Shown piece after piece: positions 46,794 through 56,114 of a stretch of 64,000 nucleotides of DNA. The position numbers were made by a program, and so were the translations under genes. The DNA is from Nitrospina sp. LS_NOB (GTDB taxonomy: Bacteria > Nitrospinota > Nitrospinia > Nitrospinales > VA-1): contig LFLA01000021.1 of NCBI GenBank assembly GCA_001542995.1, positions 324,875 through 388,874 on the forward strand. The letters are read 5' to 3'. The notes beneath the pieces were generated by a model, which was given only the letters and a program-made list of their open reading frames with translations, was not told the origin of the DNA and did no database searches. Numbering within the stretch: the stretch's first letter is position 1; each line of letters opens with the position of its first letter.

Positions 46794-48185
46794 ATGAGTA
46801 CCCGGACCGAAACCGACAGCATGGGAGAGATCGATGTCCCGGCCAGCAGTTACTATGGAGCCCAAACCGCGCGATCATTGATCCATTTTGATATTGGCAC
46901 CGAAACCATGCCACGCGAAATCATCCGGGGAATGGGCATCCTGAAAAAGGCTTCGGCCATGGTCAATGCCGAGTTAGGGCTCTTGCCTGAAAATGTTAAA
47001 GACCTGATCTGCCGGGCCGCCGATGAAGTGATCGAGGGGACACTGGATGAACATTTTCCTTTAAGAGTCTGGCAAACCGGTAGTGGAACGCAGTCCAACA
47101 TGAACACCAACGAAGTCATCGCCAACCGGGCTATTGAAATAGCGGGCGGGACCATCGGCTCCAAGGACCCGGTGCACCCCAACGATCATGTTAATATGGG
47201 CCAGTCTTCCAACGATACCTTTCCCACCGCCATGCATATTGCAGCAGTGGAACGGATTCGTGACACGCTCATCCCTTCTATATCGACTTTAGCCGGATCA
47301 TTCAGCAAAAAAACCGACGAGTTTCAAGACATCATAAAAATCGGCCGCACTCATCTGATGGATGCCACCCCGCTCACCCTGGGCCAGGAGTTCAGCGGAT
47401 ACACGACTCAGTTGGAATACGCACTCGACCGCATTAACAATTGCATGCCCAGAATGTATCAAATCGCGCTGGGTGGAACCGCAGTAGGAACCGGCCTCAA
47501 CTCGCACAAGGATTTCGCCGTGAAAGTTGCCAAACAAATTTCCGACCTCACCGGCTGCCCCTTTGTAACTGCGCCCAATAAATTTGAGTCTCTCGCGGCA
47601 CATGATGCTATTGTAGAGACCAGCGGCGTTTTAAAAACCATCGCCTGTTCACTCATGAAAATCGCCAACGATATTCGCTGGCTCGGGTCAGGTCCGCGAT
47701 GCGGAATCGGAGAAATCATTTTACCGGCCAATGAACCGGGAAGCTCGATCATGCCGGGCAAAGTCAACCCGACCCAGTCTGAAGCAATGACCATGGTCGC
47801 AGCACAGGTGATCGGCAATGACACCACCATCAATGTTGGGGGATCCTCCGGGAATTTCGAACTCAATGTTTTCAAACCGGTGATGATTTATAATCTTCTA
47901 CAGTCCATTCGCCTGCTTGCCGATTCCTGTCGGTCTTTCAACGACCATTGCGTGGTGGGCATTGAGCCTAATAAAGTACAGATCGAAAAACATCTTAATG
48001 GCTCGCTCATGCTGGTCACGGCCCTCAATCCGCATATCGGCTATGACAACGCGGCGAAGGTTGCCAAGAAGGCCTATCAGGATAACAGCACTTTGAAAGA
48101 AGCGGCGGCGGCTTTGAACCTGCTCACGCCGGAGGAATTTGACGAAAAAGTGCGACCTGAAAAAATGACCGGCCCAAAGGGATAA
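46794..48185 (+). CDS. fumC: class II fumarate hydratase
   Basis: [21 protein letters not shown], signature [16 protein letters not shown]. Confidence 0.95.
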   Translation: MSTRTETDSMGEIDVPASSYYGAQTARSLIHFDIGTETMPREIIRGMGILKKASAMVNAELGLLPENVKDLICRAADEVIEGTLDEHFPLRVWQTGSGTQSNMNTNEVIANRAIEIAGGTIGSKDPVHPNDHVNMGQSSNDTFPTAMHIAAVERIRDTLIPSISTLAGSFSKKTDEFQDIIKIGRTHLMDATPLTLGQEFSGYTTQLEYALDRINNCMPRMYQIALGGTAVGTGLNSHKDFAVKVAKQISDLTGCPFVTAPNKFESLAAHDAIVETSGVLKTIACSLMKIANDIRWLGSGPRCGIGEIILPANEPGSSIMPGKVNPTQSEAMTMVAAQVIGNDTTINVGGSSGNFELNVFKPVMIYNLLQSIRLLADSCRSFNDHCVVGIEPNKVQIEKHLNGSLMLVTALNPHIGYDNAAKVAKKAYQDNSTLKEAAAALNLLTPEEFDEKVRPEKMTGPKG

Positions 48186-48222
48186 AAGGTTGCTTGAAGT
48201 TTATAAATTTTGAGATCCTAAA

Positions 48223-48882
48223 ATGAAAAATGTCCTCAGTCCATCCCGAAGAAATTTTCTAAAAAGTTCCGTGGCACTGGGAAGCCTGCTCGGTGCTGAA
48301 TTCCTGAACCCGCTTCCCGCCTTTCCGGCTTGCATCCCAACCCCATGGGAAACTTCGGGGCCCTTTTATCCCAGGACATTTCCACTGGACGACGATAATG
48401 ATCTTACTTTTTTGAAAAGTAAATCAGACAAAGCTCAGGGAGATATTATTTTTATCGAAGGAGTGGTTCAGAATGAAAAATGCCAGCCTGTTCCCGGAGC
48501 ATCGGTAGAAATCTGGCAGGCATGTGCTACGGGAAAATATAATCACCCGGAAGATCGAAACTCCGCAGAACTCGACCCGCATTTCCAATATTGGGGGAAA
48601 GCCATTTCCAATGATAAAGGTGAATATGGCTTTAAAACTATAAAGCCTGGTTCTTATCCTGTCAGTTGGTTCTGGACGCGCCCACCGCATATTCACTTTG
48701 CGGTTCACTCCCGCAATTTTCATCCTTTTACCACCCAAATGTACTTTTTGGGAGAACCGTTAAATAAAAAGGACCGCCTTCTAGGGGACCACCCAAAGGA
48801 AGAACAGAAGCGATACATTGTTCCCTTTCAGGCAATCAACGACATTCGATTGGGGAAATTGGACCTGACCCTGAAAAAATAA
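48223..48882 (+). CDS. intradiol ring-cleavage dioxygenase-family protein with Tat-type signal
   Basis: SRRNFLKSSVALGSLLG twin-arginine-like signal. TSGPFYP, GASVEIWQACATGKYNH, RPPHIHFAV. Confidence 0.8.
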   Translation: MKNVLSPSRRNFLKSSVALGSLLGAEFLNPLPAFPACIPTPWETSGPFYPRTFPLDDDNDLTFLKSKSDKAQGDIIFIEGVVQNEKCQPVPGASVEIWQACATGKYNHPEDRNSAELDPHFQYWGKAISNDKGEYGFKTIKPGSYPVSWFWTRPPHIHFAVHSRNFHPFTTQMYFLGEPLNKKDRLLGDHPKEEQKRYIVPFQAINDIRLGKLDLTLKK

Positions 48883-48902
48883 CCGGCCCAAAGGAGGAAA
48901 AT

Positions 48903-48986
48903 ATGTTTCAAAACTGGGAAAATTTTATAGGAATTGTGATCGTACTGGCCATCCTGCTTCCCATCATTCTAAAGAAAATGTATTAA
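48903..48986 (+). CDS. 27-aa hydrophobic micro-ORF with strong Shine-Dalgarno
   Basis: AAAGGAGGAAAAT-ATG. MFQNWENFIGIVIVLAILLPIILKKMY* is a single TM helix. Starts 21 nt after the dioxygenase stop. Too short for the ORF track. Confidence 0.35.
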   Translation: MFQNWENFIGIVIVLAILLPIILKKMY

Positions 48987-48996
48987 AAGGGATTCC

Positions 48997-49377
48997 TCAC
49001 AGAGAGGAAGGCTGGCTGTTTAAATTGTTCAAAGAAACTACTCCGAGAAGCACCCCATTCTGATTGGTCACCGCAATAAAATTCACATCATGTTCCGCCA
49101 TGATTTCTGCCGCTCGAGCCTCAGGCTCATTGCTCTTAATCATCAGCAGAGGCTCCATATATTCGCGGATTGTAGAACCCAACATATCCTCCGACTTGTA
49201 ATTTTCCAGTAACTGACTCGTAGCAACAATGCCTGCCATTTTATCTTCATGCTGGACAAAGGCATGATCGCAATCATTGAGAATCATATATTCGATGGCG
49301 TCAAAAATGGTGGTTTTTGAATCCAGAGTCGGTGTGGGCGAAGCAAACTCTCCTATTAAAGACATGGCCTCCTCCAT
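48997..49377 (-). CDS. CBS-domain pair protein
   Basis: Two CBS-like units (TIFDAIEYMILNDCDHAFVQHEDKMAGIVA; ARAAEIMAEHDVNFIAVTNQNGVLLGVVS). Confidence 0.75.
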   Translation of the reverse strand: MEEAMSLIGEFASPTPTLDSKTTIFDAIEYMILNDCDHAFVQHEDKMAGIVATSQLLENYKSEDMLGSTIREYMEPLLMIKSNEPEARAAEIMAEHDVNFIAVTNQNGVLLGVVSLNNLNSQPSSL

Positions 49378-49633
49378 TGCAGCTATCCTAATAAAGTTAT
49401 GAAAATGACAAAATCCTTAAAATACAACTAAAATATATAGACACAGGAGAAATTTTTCAATCCCGCAAATGAGGGGGCACTCGAAATCTATTGAAAAACA
49501 GGTGTTTTTATCCATGATCCCGGGGATTCCAACTATCTCCCCAGCATATATAGGATCGGAGAACTTGTTTATTTACTTACGGTTATAGTATTATATAAAT
49601 ATATTTACACTATTAAATTAACATTTACATATT

Positions 49634-50464
49634 TTGGTGAAGCAGTCGCCCATCTGTTGCGCTTTTCAGGAAGAGGAATTAAGGCACATTTATAGTGTCG
49701 GCAACAAGATGCGCCTGAAAAAGGATCAGGTGCTTTTTTCAGAAAATGCCGTGCAGGATACCCTGTACATCATCCTTTCTGGAAGAATGGAAGTGTATAA
49801 AAAACAAATTGCCATTCGGGAAGCCAGTGATTTTTTGGGTGAAATGGCCGTACTGGAATCCAAACCCCGTTCAGCCAGCGTCCGGGCTCTTACTGATACA
49901 GAAGTGCTGGAAATTAATAAAGAAACCTTCTTCGATTATTTTGTTTCGAACCCGAAAATAGTTTGGGAGATTTTAAGGTCCATCTCTTCAAGAAATAGGG
50001 AGGACCTGAATGTCATCGTCGCCAGCTACCAGGAAATCAGAAACAGCCGGGAAAAATACCGTAGGGTGGTCGATGCAACCTCCGATATCATTATCCAGAC
50101 CAATCCAGAGGGTAAAATCATTTTTGCCAATAAAGCGATCAGTTTTTTAGGGTTTGATGTGTTTGACCTGATCGGAAAGGACTTTGAGAGTTTTTGCGAG
50201 GAAAAGCTTAGTGATACCAGCAGAGCCTATATTTTAACCCAGCGTGTCGGCCCCAGAACCACAACCGATCTGGAAATTTCCTTGAAAGTGAACGAACAGT
50301 CCAACCTGTACGATGTCTGTCGCAGCATGAGCTTTATGATGACCGCTACCGGGATATGGGATGTGCCGCAGGAAATGGTAATAAAAAAGGGCGTCAAAAA
50401 AGAATTTCAAGGCACCCTGCTGATCCTCCGAAAAGAAAAATTGGGAAGCTACCGACTGGTTTAA
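49634..50464 (+). CDS. cyclic-nucleotide-binding domain protein with C-terminal PAS-like domain
   Basis: cNMP motif FLGEMAVLESKPRSASVRAL. PAS-like YRRVVDATSDIIIQTNPEGKIIFANKAISFLGF. TTG start in a very AT-rich upstream region. Confidence 0.7.
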   Translation: MVKQSPICCAFQEEELRHIYSVGNKMRLKKDQVLFSENAVQDTLYIILSGRMEVYKKQIAIREASDFLGEMAVLESKPRSASVRALTDTEVLEINKETFFDYFVSNPKIVWEILRSISSRNREDLNVIVASYQEIRNSREKYRRVVDATSDIIIQTNPEGKIIFANKAISFLGFDVFDLIGKDFESFCEEKLSDTSRAYILTQRVGPRTTTDLEISLKVNEQSNLYDVCRSMSFMMTATGIWDVPQEMVIKKGVKKEFQGTLLILRKEKLGSYRLV

Positions 50465-50524
50465 TCAAACCCCAAAAGGCGCCTCCCCTCCTATTTTCAG
50501 AACGAAGAAAAATTTCCTGAATTT

Positions 50525-51049
50525 TTAGATAGTGGTTATAGAATTCAAGATTTGGGATTCAGAACTCTCACCATAATTTGTCAGAATCGCCTGAACTCTG
50601 GATTCGATCAAAGCATCCAGGTTTGTGCTGGATCGCAGGAGCGAGTTTAAATCTTTTTGCCGGTTTACCCCATCACTCAAGAATTCGACGATACTGCTGG
50701 TAGAAATCCCCGATCGGTTAAAAATGGTTTGCAGTTGGGTCAAGAGTTCGTCCTGCCCCTCTCCGGCCCTGGCCCGGTCCGCAATCAATTCCGTAGCTGA
50801 GAGTTCTCCGTTTTTGTCAGAGTCGATGGAGTCAAAATTGTCCAGCAGGTTCTGACCGCTGCTGGTCGCGTCTATTTTTTTCTGGATTTCGTCGACATCT
50901 AATCCGCCTGAGTGGTTGCTGTCATCTTTGGGGAACTGCTGAAAAATCCGCTGGGTGAAACTGTTAAGAATGGTTGAACCGAGTCCTCCACTGCCTCCGA
51001 TCATTGGTCGCCCTCCACCAAAAGGATGTTTAAAATTGGGCCATTCCAT
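50525..51049 (-). CDS. EF-hand calcium-binding motif protein
   Basis: Canonical loop DSDKNGELSATEL and a second DSNHSGGLDVDEI. Gly-rich N-terminus. Confidence 0.65.
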   Translation of the reverse strand: MEWPNFKHPFGGGRPMIGGSGGLGSTILNSFTQRIFQQFPKDDSNHSGGLDVDEIQKKIDATSSGQNLLDNFDSIDSDKNGELSATELIADRARAGEGQDELLTQLQTIFNRSGISTSSIVEFLSDGVNRQKDLNSLLRSSTNLDALIESRVQAILTNYGESSESQILNSITTI

Positions 51050-51202
51050 GCCCTATACATCCTTAACGGCATCCGTGAAAAAGGCCATAAGCTTTTATTT
51101 GAAAAGGGTTATAGCAATCGCAAAATCAAGGGTTTTCCCACCCCCTATAGCAGGGGCAGGCAGATTGCCATAGCTTAATCTCGGGCCCAATCGGCCTTCG
51201 GC

Positions 51203-52219
51203 TTAGTGAGCCGAGTACTCAAACATGCGTTCTACGCATTGGAGGGAGCGCTGCTGGGTTTCCGGGTCGAGGGTGATGGTGTTTTCGGGACCGGGGTTTT
51301 CGAGGACGTTGAGTATATCTTCCAAAGAATTGGACTTCATATATTTGCAGAGTGTACAACTTCCGGCAAAGGTTTTTTGCGGGAACTCGGATTGCAGAAC
51401 ACCGGTCAACCCGCACTCTGTCACCAGAAAAAAGGAGTCGCCGTTGGATTCCCTGACATGGTTGAGCATCTGGCTAGTGCTTCCCACATAATCGGCCTTG
51501 CCCACCACTGAAGAACTGCATTCGGGGTGAACGAGAATTTCCACACCCTCAAAGTTTCTCCGCACCTGGTCTATACTTTCCGGCTGATATTCTTCATGAA
51601 CGTAGCAGGTGCCATCCCAGAGTTGGATATCCTTATTCAGGCCCTTGGATTTGAAATGGTTGATCACATTTTCACCCATGAGCCGGTCGGGCAGGAAATA
51701 AATCTTGTTATTGGGAATTTTTTCAATGATAGCGTAAACATTCGAAGAGGTGACGCACACATCACACTGGGCTTTCACCTCGGCGGTCGTGTTGATGTAG
51801 CAGACGAATGTGTGATCGGGAAACTCTTTGCGGAGCCTTATAACATCTTCCGCCGTTATGCCATCGGCCAGGGAGCAACCGCCATTGGGATTGGGATCAA
51901 GCACAGTTTTTTGAGGATTGAGAATCTTGGCGGTCTCTGCCATAAAACGAACCGCTGCGAACACAATAACATCGGCATTGGATTCCTTAGCTTTTTTCGA
52001 CAGGCCATAAGAGTCGCCGGTAAAATCGGCGACACTGTAATAAATTTGCGGCGCGACATAATTATGCACGAGGATGATGGCATTTTTTTCGCGCTTGAGC
52101 TCTTCAATCTTTCTGATGGTGGGGAGCAACAGCTCGCAATTTTCCTGAGTGAACCGGCAAATCGGATTGCCCACCTGAATATCTTTAAGCTTTTCGTATA
52201 ACTGTTCTGCGGTAACCAT
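51203..52219 (-). CDS. nadA: quinolinate synthase
   Basis: ILVHNYV...DFTGDS, FMAETAKIL, HPEC..., conserved Cys ligand contexts (CYVHEE, TECGL). Confidence 0.93.
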   Translation of the reverse strand: MVTAEQLYEKLKDIQVGNPICRFTQENCELLLPTIRKIEELKREKNAIILVHNYVAPQIYYSVADFTGDSYGLSKKAKESNADVIVFAAVRFMAETAKILNPQKTVLDPNPNGGCSLADGITAEDVIRLRKEFPDHTFVCYINTTAEVKAQCDVCVTSSNVYAIIEKIPNNKIYFLPDRLMGENVINHFKSKGLNKDIQLWDGTCYVHEEYQPESIDQVRRNFEGVEILVHPECSSSVVGKADYVGSTSQMLNHVRESNGDSFFLVTECGLTGVLQSEFPQKTFAGSCTLCKYMKSNSLEDILNVLENPGPENTITLDPETQQRSLQCVERMFEYSAH

Positions 52220-52223
52220 TTTT

Positions 52224-52568
52224 CTAACCCGGCGGCCAGTTCAAGGCGCGACCGCCTAAAAGATGATAATGAATATGATACACCGACTGCCCGGCCCCGG
52301 CACCACAATTGACCACCAGCCGAAACCCTGATTTATCGAGTCCCCTCTCCTTCGCCAGTTGGTTTGCCACACTGATCACCGAACCCATCAACGTATGATC
52401 CTTCTCCTCGACATCCAGCAAGGTAGCCTGATGGATTCGGGGGATGATCAGGATATGCGTAGGAGCTTGCGGGTTGATATCATTAATCGCGAACAAGGTG
52501 TCCGATTCATAAACCTTATCTGAAGGGGTAGTCCCCTCGCTGATTTTGCAGAACAGGCAATCACTCAT
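52224..52568 (-). CDS. HIT-family (histidine triad) nucleotide hydrolase
   Basis: MSDCLFCKI..., triad GQSVYHIHYHLLGG. ATG 52568 overlaps the pafA-like stop by 8 nt (ATGAGTGA). Confidence 0.88.
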   Translation of the reverse strand: MSDCLFCKISEGTTPSDKVYESDTLFAINDINPQAPTHILIIPRIHQATLLDVEEKDHTLMGSVISVANQLAKERGLDKSGFRLVVNCGAGAGQSVYHIHYHLLGGRALNWPPG

Positions 52569-54063
52569 AAGATTTTTTTCCGTGTCGCTCCGGGTTTCCC
52601 ATATCCTGTTTATTTTCCTGGTGGGGGAGAGAATCAAACTGCTCAAGATGCTCTATGATTTCTTCTTTATAGGAGATGAATGGATCGAGCATCAGAAACG
52701 GTTCGTCAGTTTTGCTCAGGCGAAATCCGATCCAGTCTATGAGATAACCCATGTGAGAATGCTGGTTCATGAGCCTTTTAACAAGCTCTCCCCGGCCATG
52801 CGCCCGGGTTCCTCTTGGAGGATTGACTTTTGAGAAGTCGACGGCCTCATCGGTGGTTTTGCGGTAACCATCGCCACTGGCTTCCAATCCCCAGAACAGA
52901 CCGGTTTCCTTATTCAGGTTATGGTATTCCAGATCCAGGCTTTTGAGCCAGGGGTCGTGCCATTCCAGGTTTTCTTCGTTTCTAAACTCGTTGAGCATCC
53001 AATACTTGCTGGCCCAGTCCACTCGGCCGATCACCGCTTCCGGTCCTTTAGGTAAATCGGTCAAGACCGATTCCCAGCCCTCCAGAATCCAGTCGGTCTC
53101 CCGGTTTGTCCCAGCCAGATGTTCCTTACAGGTATTTAAAATATCCCATTGTAGTTCCAAAGCGGTGGAATATTTTCCCGAAGCCAGTTTCACCTCCCAT
53201 TTAAAATCCGGATCGCGAGAAATAGAACGCATGGCAAAAACCGAGTCCGCAAGAATCCATTCCCGTTTGGCGACCCCCAACTGCATGATTTCCAACATGA
53301 GGGTTGTGGTTCCCATCTTCATGGCGGTGGCAAACTCACTCATCGTCGAGTCACCGACCAAAAGATGAATGCGCCGGTATTTGCTCGGGTCCGACAACGG
53401 CTCGTCGCGGGTGTTGACAATCGCCCGGTTATATTGCACCCACCGGTAAAATTCATTGGGAATGTGGTCAGCCCTTTGTGACAGCTGAAAGTTCACCTCA
53501 TCGTCCTGATTTTCATAAGGTGTGATGCCATCCCAATCCTGAAACGGGTGGGGATCGCAGGAACCGATGCGGCCCGCACCGCAATAAATCAGTCGAGTAG
53601 TTAAAAAGGAAGAAAGCAGTTTCAGGTTGTCGCGCTCATCGAAAGGGAATCCTCTACCGACCAGATAATTCTCGTGGCAGCCGAACGTCGCGCTGGTTTC
53701 AAGATCCACATTGTTCTTGATGAACGAAACATGATCGGCCCAGCCCAACTCCTCCACCGCTTCCTGAATCAGCGTGTCGCCGGCGCGGTCAAAAGTCACC
53801 AGGTCAACAAGATTGGAACATTCCGGAGAGGCGTATTCTAAATGCCCCATGTCGAGATACAAGCGCCCACCGTTAAGCAGAAACCCGCCGTTACCGGGGG
53901 GCTCATCGTTAGCGCGGTAGTGAAGGTCCAGCACACCATGATTTTTTGAGAAAATATGGTTCTTGACCTTGTTGGCCACTTCCATCGAGTCGAGAGGGAA
54001 CTCCGCATCATTTTTGATCAGCAGGCCGTATTCCGTTTCGATGCCGTAGATTCGTTTTTTCAT
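52561..54063 (-). CDS. pafA: Pup/UBact ligase PafA homologue
   Basis: MKKRIYGIETEYG..., short N-terminal region then LNGGRLYLDMGHLEYASPEC (as in PafA [22 protein letters not shown]). Lacks the long acidic insertion seen in the Dop-like paralogue. CHENYLV. Confidence 0.85.
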   Translation of the reverse strand: MKKRIYGIETEYGLLIKNDAEFPLDSMEVANKVKNHIFSKNHGVLDLHYRANDEPPGNGGFLLNGGRLYLDMGHLEYASPECSNLVDLVTFDRAGDTLIQEAVEELGWADHVSFIKNNVDLETSATFGCHENYLVGRGFPFDERDNLKLLSSFLTTRLIYCGAGRIGSCDPHPFQDWDGITPYENQDDEVNFQLSQRADHIPNEFYRWVQYNRAIVNTRDEPLSDPSKYRRIHLLVGDSTMSEFATAMKMGTTTLMLEIMQLGVAKREWILADSVFAMRSISRDPDFKWEVKLASGKYSTALELQWDILNTCKEHLAGTNRETDWILEGWESVLTDLPKGPEAVIGRVDWASKYWMLNEFRNEENLEWHDPWLKSLDLEYHNLNKETGLFWGLEASGDGYRKTTDEAVDFSKVNPPRGTRAHGRGELVKRLMNQHSHMGYLIDWIGFRLSKTDEPFLMLDPFISYKEEIIEHLEQFDSLPHQENKQDMGNPERHGKKSYE

Positions 54064-54097
54064 TTCAGAGCGTCTTGTTCGTCAGAGAGAATCATTG

Positions 54098-54211
54098 CTA
54101 GTTTACCCCTTTACCCCTTCGGGGCATGAGACAAATGAAGAAATATCACAGGCTCACGAAGGCTGAGGAAAAATATCACGACCACCGGTTGCTCACTGGC
54201 ACCACGCCTAG
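54098..54211. repeat. 106-bp repeat insert (two R1-type units) bracketed by CTAG ... CTAG between prcB and pafA
   Basis: CTAG 54098-54101. ttaccccttcggggcatgagacaaatgaagaaatatcac (54110..54148). aggctcacgaaggctgaggaaaaatatcacg (54149..54180). CTAG 54208-54211 is the prcB stop. Confidence 0.7.
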
Positions 54212-55011
54212 TGGCCGCGTTTTAAAGAGGACTTGCATAGTTTCGCCAGATCCTTATCGTTCAAAAACTGGTACCCCGCCTCGGTGACCAATGCCACGGT
54301 AGGAAATATTTCATCTTCCGGACGGGCTTTGCCGGTTGCAGAATCAAACTGCGCCGCAGTCTGCAAAAGCCGAATGGCCAAGGTGACCGCATCGCTTTCC
54401 GATCTTTCTACCAGGGGCTTATCTCCCCAGAGATCTTCATGTTCCAGAATTCCCCGAATGGTCGGCGAACCAGAGCCGGTCGCGGTATGGGTACTGATCC
54501 TGAAATCGGCTCCCAACATATCGTAAAAATGTATCGCCGCCTTTTTACATTTCAAGTCGTAAGTAGCAAATATTGGACTCACCGCTCCCAGCCCCTGCAC
54601 CGCCATCCCGACATTCTCTTTCAGCAGTTTTGATAAGGCGCGGATTTTCCCTTCCACACTCATGGTTTGCATCTGTGACCGTCGGTAGTATTCAAAATTA
54701 TGCGTGAGAACCCGTGCCATCTCGAAAGCCGTAGCAGGAACCCCGGCAATCGCCATGAGCGTATAATCGTCGATGGGAATGACCTTGTCGCAACGTTCAT
54801 ACATGATACTGTTGCCCGCCGTGGCCCGTCGGTCACCGGCAACAATCACGCCATCCTTAAAGTGGAAGGCGAGAACCGTAGTGCCCTGGGTTACTGTAAT
54901 GCCGCTTGGCGCCTGCGAAGAATCGATGCGAGCATGCCAGCGATAGCCGGATTTTTCCAGTAGCTCGAAAAAATCTCCGGGCGAAGTATGAGGATCTGTT
55001 TGAAAACTCAT
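54208..55011 (-). CDS. prcB: 20S proteasome beta subunit (bacterial type, with propeptide)
   Basis: Propeptide then ..TQG|TTVLAFHFKDGVIVAGDRRATAGNSI (Thr1 after Gly), closely parallel to actinobacterial PrcB. ATG overlaps the stop of the tag ORF (ATGA). Confidence 0.88.
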   Translation of the reverse strand: MSFQTDPHTSPGDFFELLEKSGYRWHARIDSSQAPSGITVTQGTTVLAFHFKDGVIVAGDRRATAGNSIMYERCDKVIPIDDYTLMAIAGVPATAFEMARVLTHNFEYYRRSQMQTMSVEGKIRALSKLLKENVGMAVQGLGAVSPIFATYDLKCKKAAIHFYDMLGADFRISTHTATGSGSPTIRGILEHEDLWGDKPLVERSESDAVTLAIRLLQTAAQFDSATGKARPEDEIFPTVALVTEAGYQFLNDKDLAKLCKSSLKRGH

Positions 55012-55184
55012 TGACCGGTTCTCTGTTTGTATTTTTCAGATTGTTTCGGGTCCACCTTTTTCATCCGCTTCAAAAGATTATCCTTTCCCGGCCGTGAAGG
55101 TTCCGGGCTGGAAGGGCCGGAATCATCGCGATCTGGACTGGTTTCTTTTTTTTCTTCCCGTCTCAGGGGATCATTCATTTCCAT
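55008..55184 (-). CDS. Pup-like small protein modifier (UBact-type), 58 aa, C-terminal ...KYKQRTGQ
   Basis: AAGGAG 8 nt upstream of ATG 55184. MEMNDPLRREEKKETSPDRDDSGPSSPEPSRPGKDNLLKRMKKVDPKQSEKYKQRTGQ*. Disordered charged N-terminal half, helical basic C-terminal half, terminal Gly-Gln. Sits between the proteasome subunit genes. Confidence 0.75.
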   Translation of the reverse strand: MEMNDPLRREEKKETSPDRDDSGPSSPEPSRPGKDNLLKRMKKVDPKQSEKYKQRTGQ

Positions 55185-55234
55185 GGGATCAACTCCTTTT
55201 GTTGCCAGGCCGTTTCTGCCTTATCACCCGGGCA

Positions 55235-55969
55235 TTAACCGACCGATGATTTTAACTTACCTATCTCTTCTTTCGTAAGCGCTCTGTAAATGGCTCTTCG
55301 CTCCACCTTTCCAGATAAAACAGCAGCCTCAAGATACCATTGATCAAAAGCCTCTTTCAAAGTCTTGGGTATATTTTCATCGTCTTCTTCCTGCTTTCTA
55401 CTTTCATCCCAAAGGCGGCAGGTTTCCTTTAAAGCTTTATTCAGAGGAAACGTCGCAAAGGGCGTGTCCTGAATTTTCTTCTGCACCTCCTCCATAACTT
55501 TTTCATTACCGGCGATAACGGTTCCATTTTTAAATGTTTCCCAATGCCCATCATAGTTCACACGGAAAAAGTGGGGATGGCCATCACCGTCCAGTTCAGC
55601 AAGAAGAAGGCGGATGATATAAGGAGCCCGTTGGATTTCCTCAAAATTCTGTTTGAGTGCGGGAGCGATGCCAAACTGTAGCAGCCTTGCCAATGTCACA
55701 TCTTGAGCCGAACGGTTGAATCCTTCCAGATGCGCCATATCCAAAAGCGTCATGCGCAACCGCTCCACATCAGCAGGGTGGCCCACGCCGCCCAGGGCGA
55801 TGCGGTCATAGACTTCGAATATCTTGCCCGGCTGGGGGGCAAACCCCATAATCAGCACCCCTTCATTGAAAGGAACCGACAACACCGGCTGGCCCATTTT
55901 CAGCTTTTCCTGAACATAACTGTGGCGGGTGGAAACCGCTTCCATCCAGCGATACGGCTCTTCAAACAT
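55235..55969 (-). CDS. prcA: 20S proteasome alpha subunit (bacterial type)
   Basis: ..QPVLSVPFNEGVLIMGFAPQPGKIFEVYDRIALGGVGHPADVERLR...YIIRLLLAELDGDG..FFRVNYDGHW parallels the actinobacterial PrcA layout. No Thr1-type active site. Confidence 0.8.
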   Translation of the reverse strand: MFEEPYRWMEAVSTRHSYVQEKLKMGQPVLSVPFNEGVLIMGFAPQPGKIFEVYDRIALGGVGHPADVERLRMTLLDMAHLEGFNRSAQDVTLARLLQFGIAPALKQNFEEIQRAPYIIRLLLAELDGDGHPHFFRVNYDGHWETFKNGTVIAGNEKVMEEVQKKIQDTPFATFPLNKALKETCRLWDESRKQEEDDENIPKTLKEAFDQWYLEAAVLSGKVERRAIYRALTKEEIGKLKSSVG

Positions 55970-56114
55970 TTCCCCCTCTTCCTTTTACGTTTTGAACCAA
56001 TTTGTGGAAGCCGAGAAACTTTTAAATCTCTTCACTCTTCCTCTGTTGTTCTAAACCAAGTTATCCCTTAAAGCTGGGGATATTTTTAAATCCTTCAAAT
56101 TTCCTATTTTGTCT

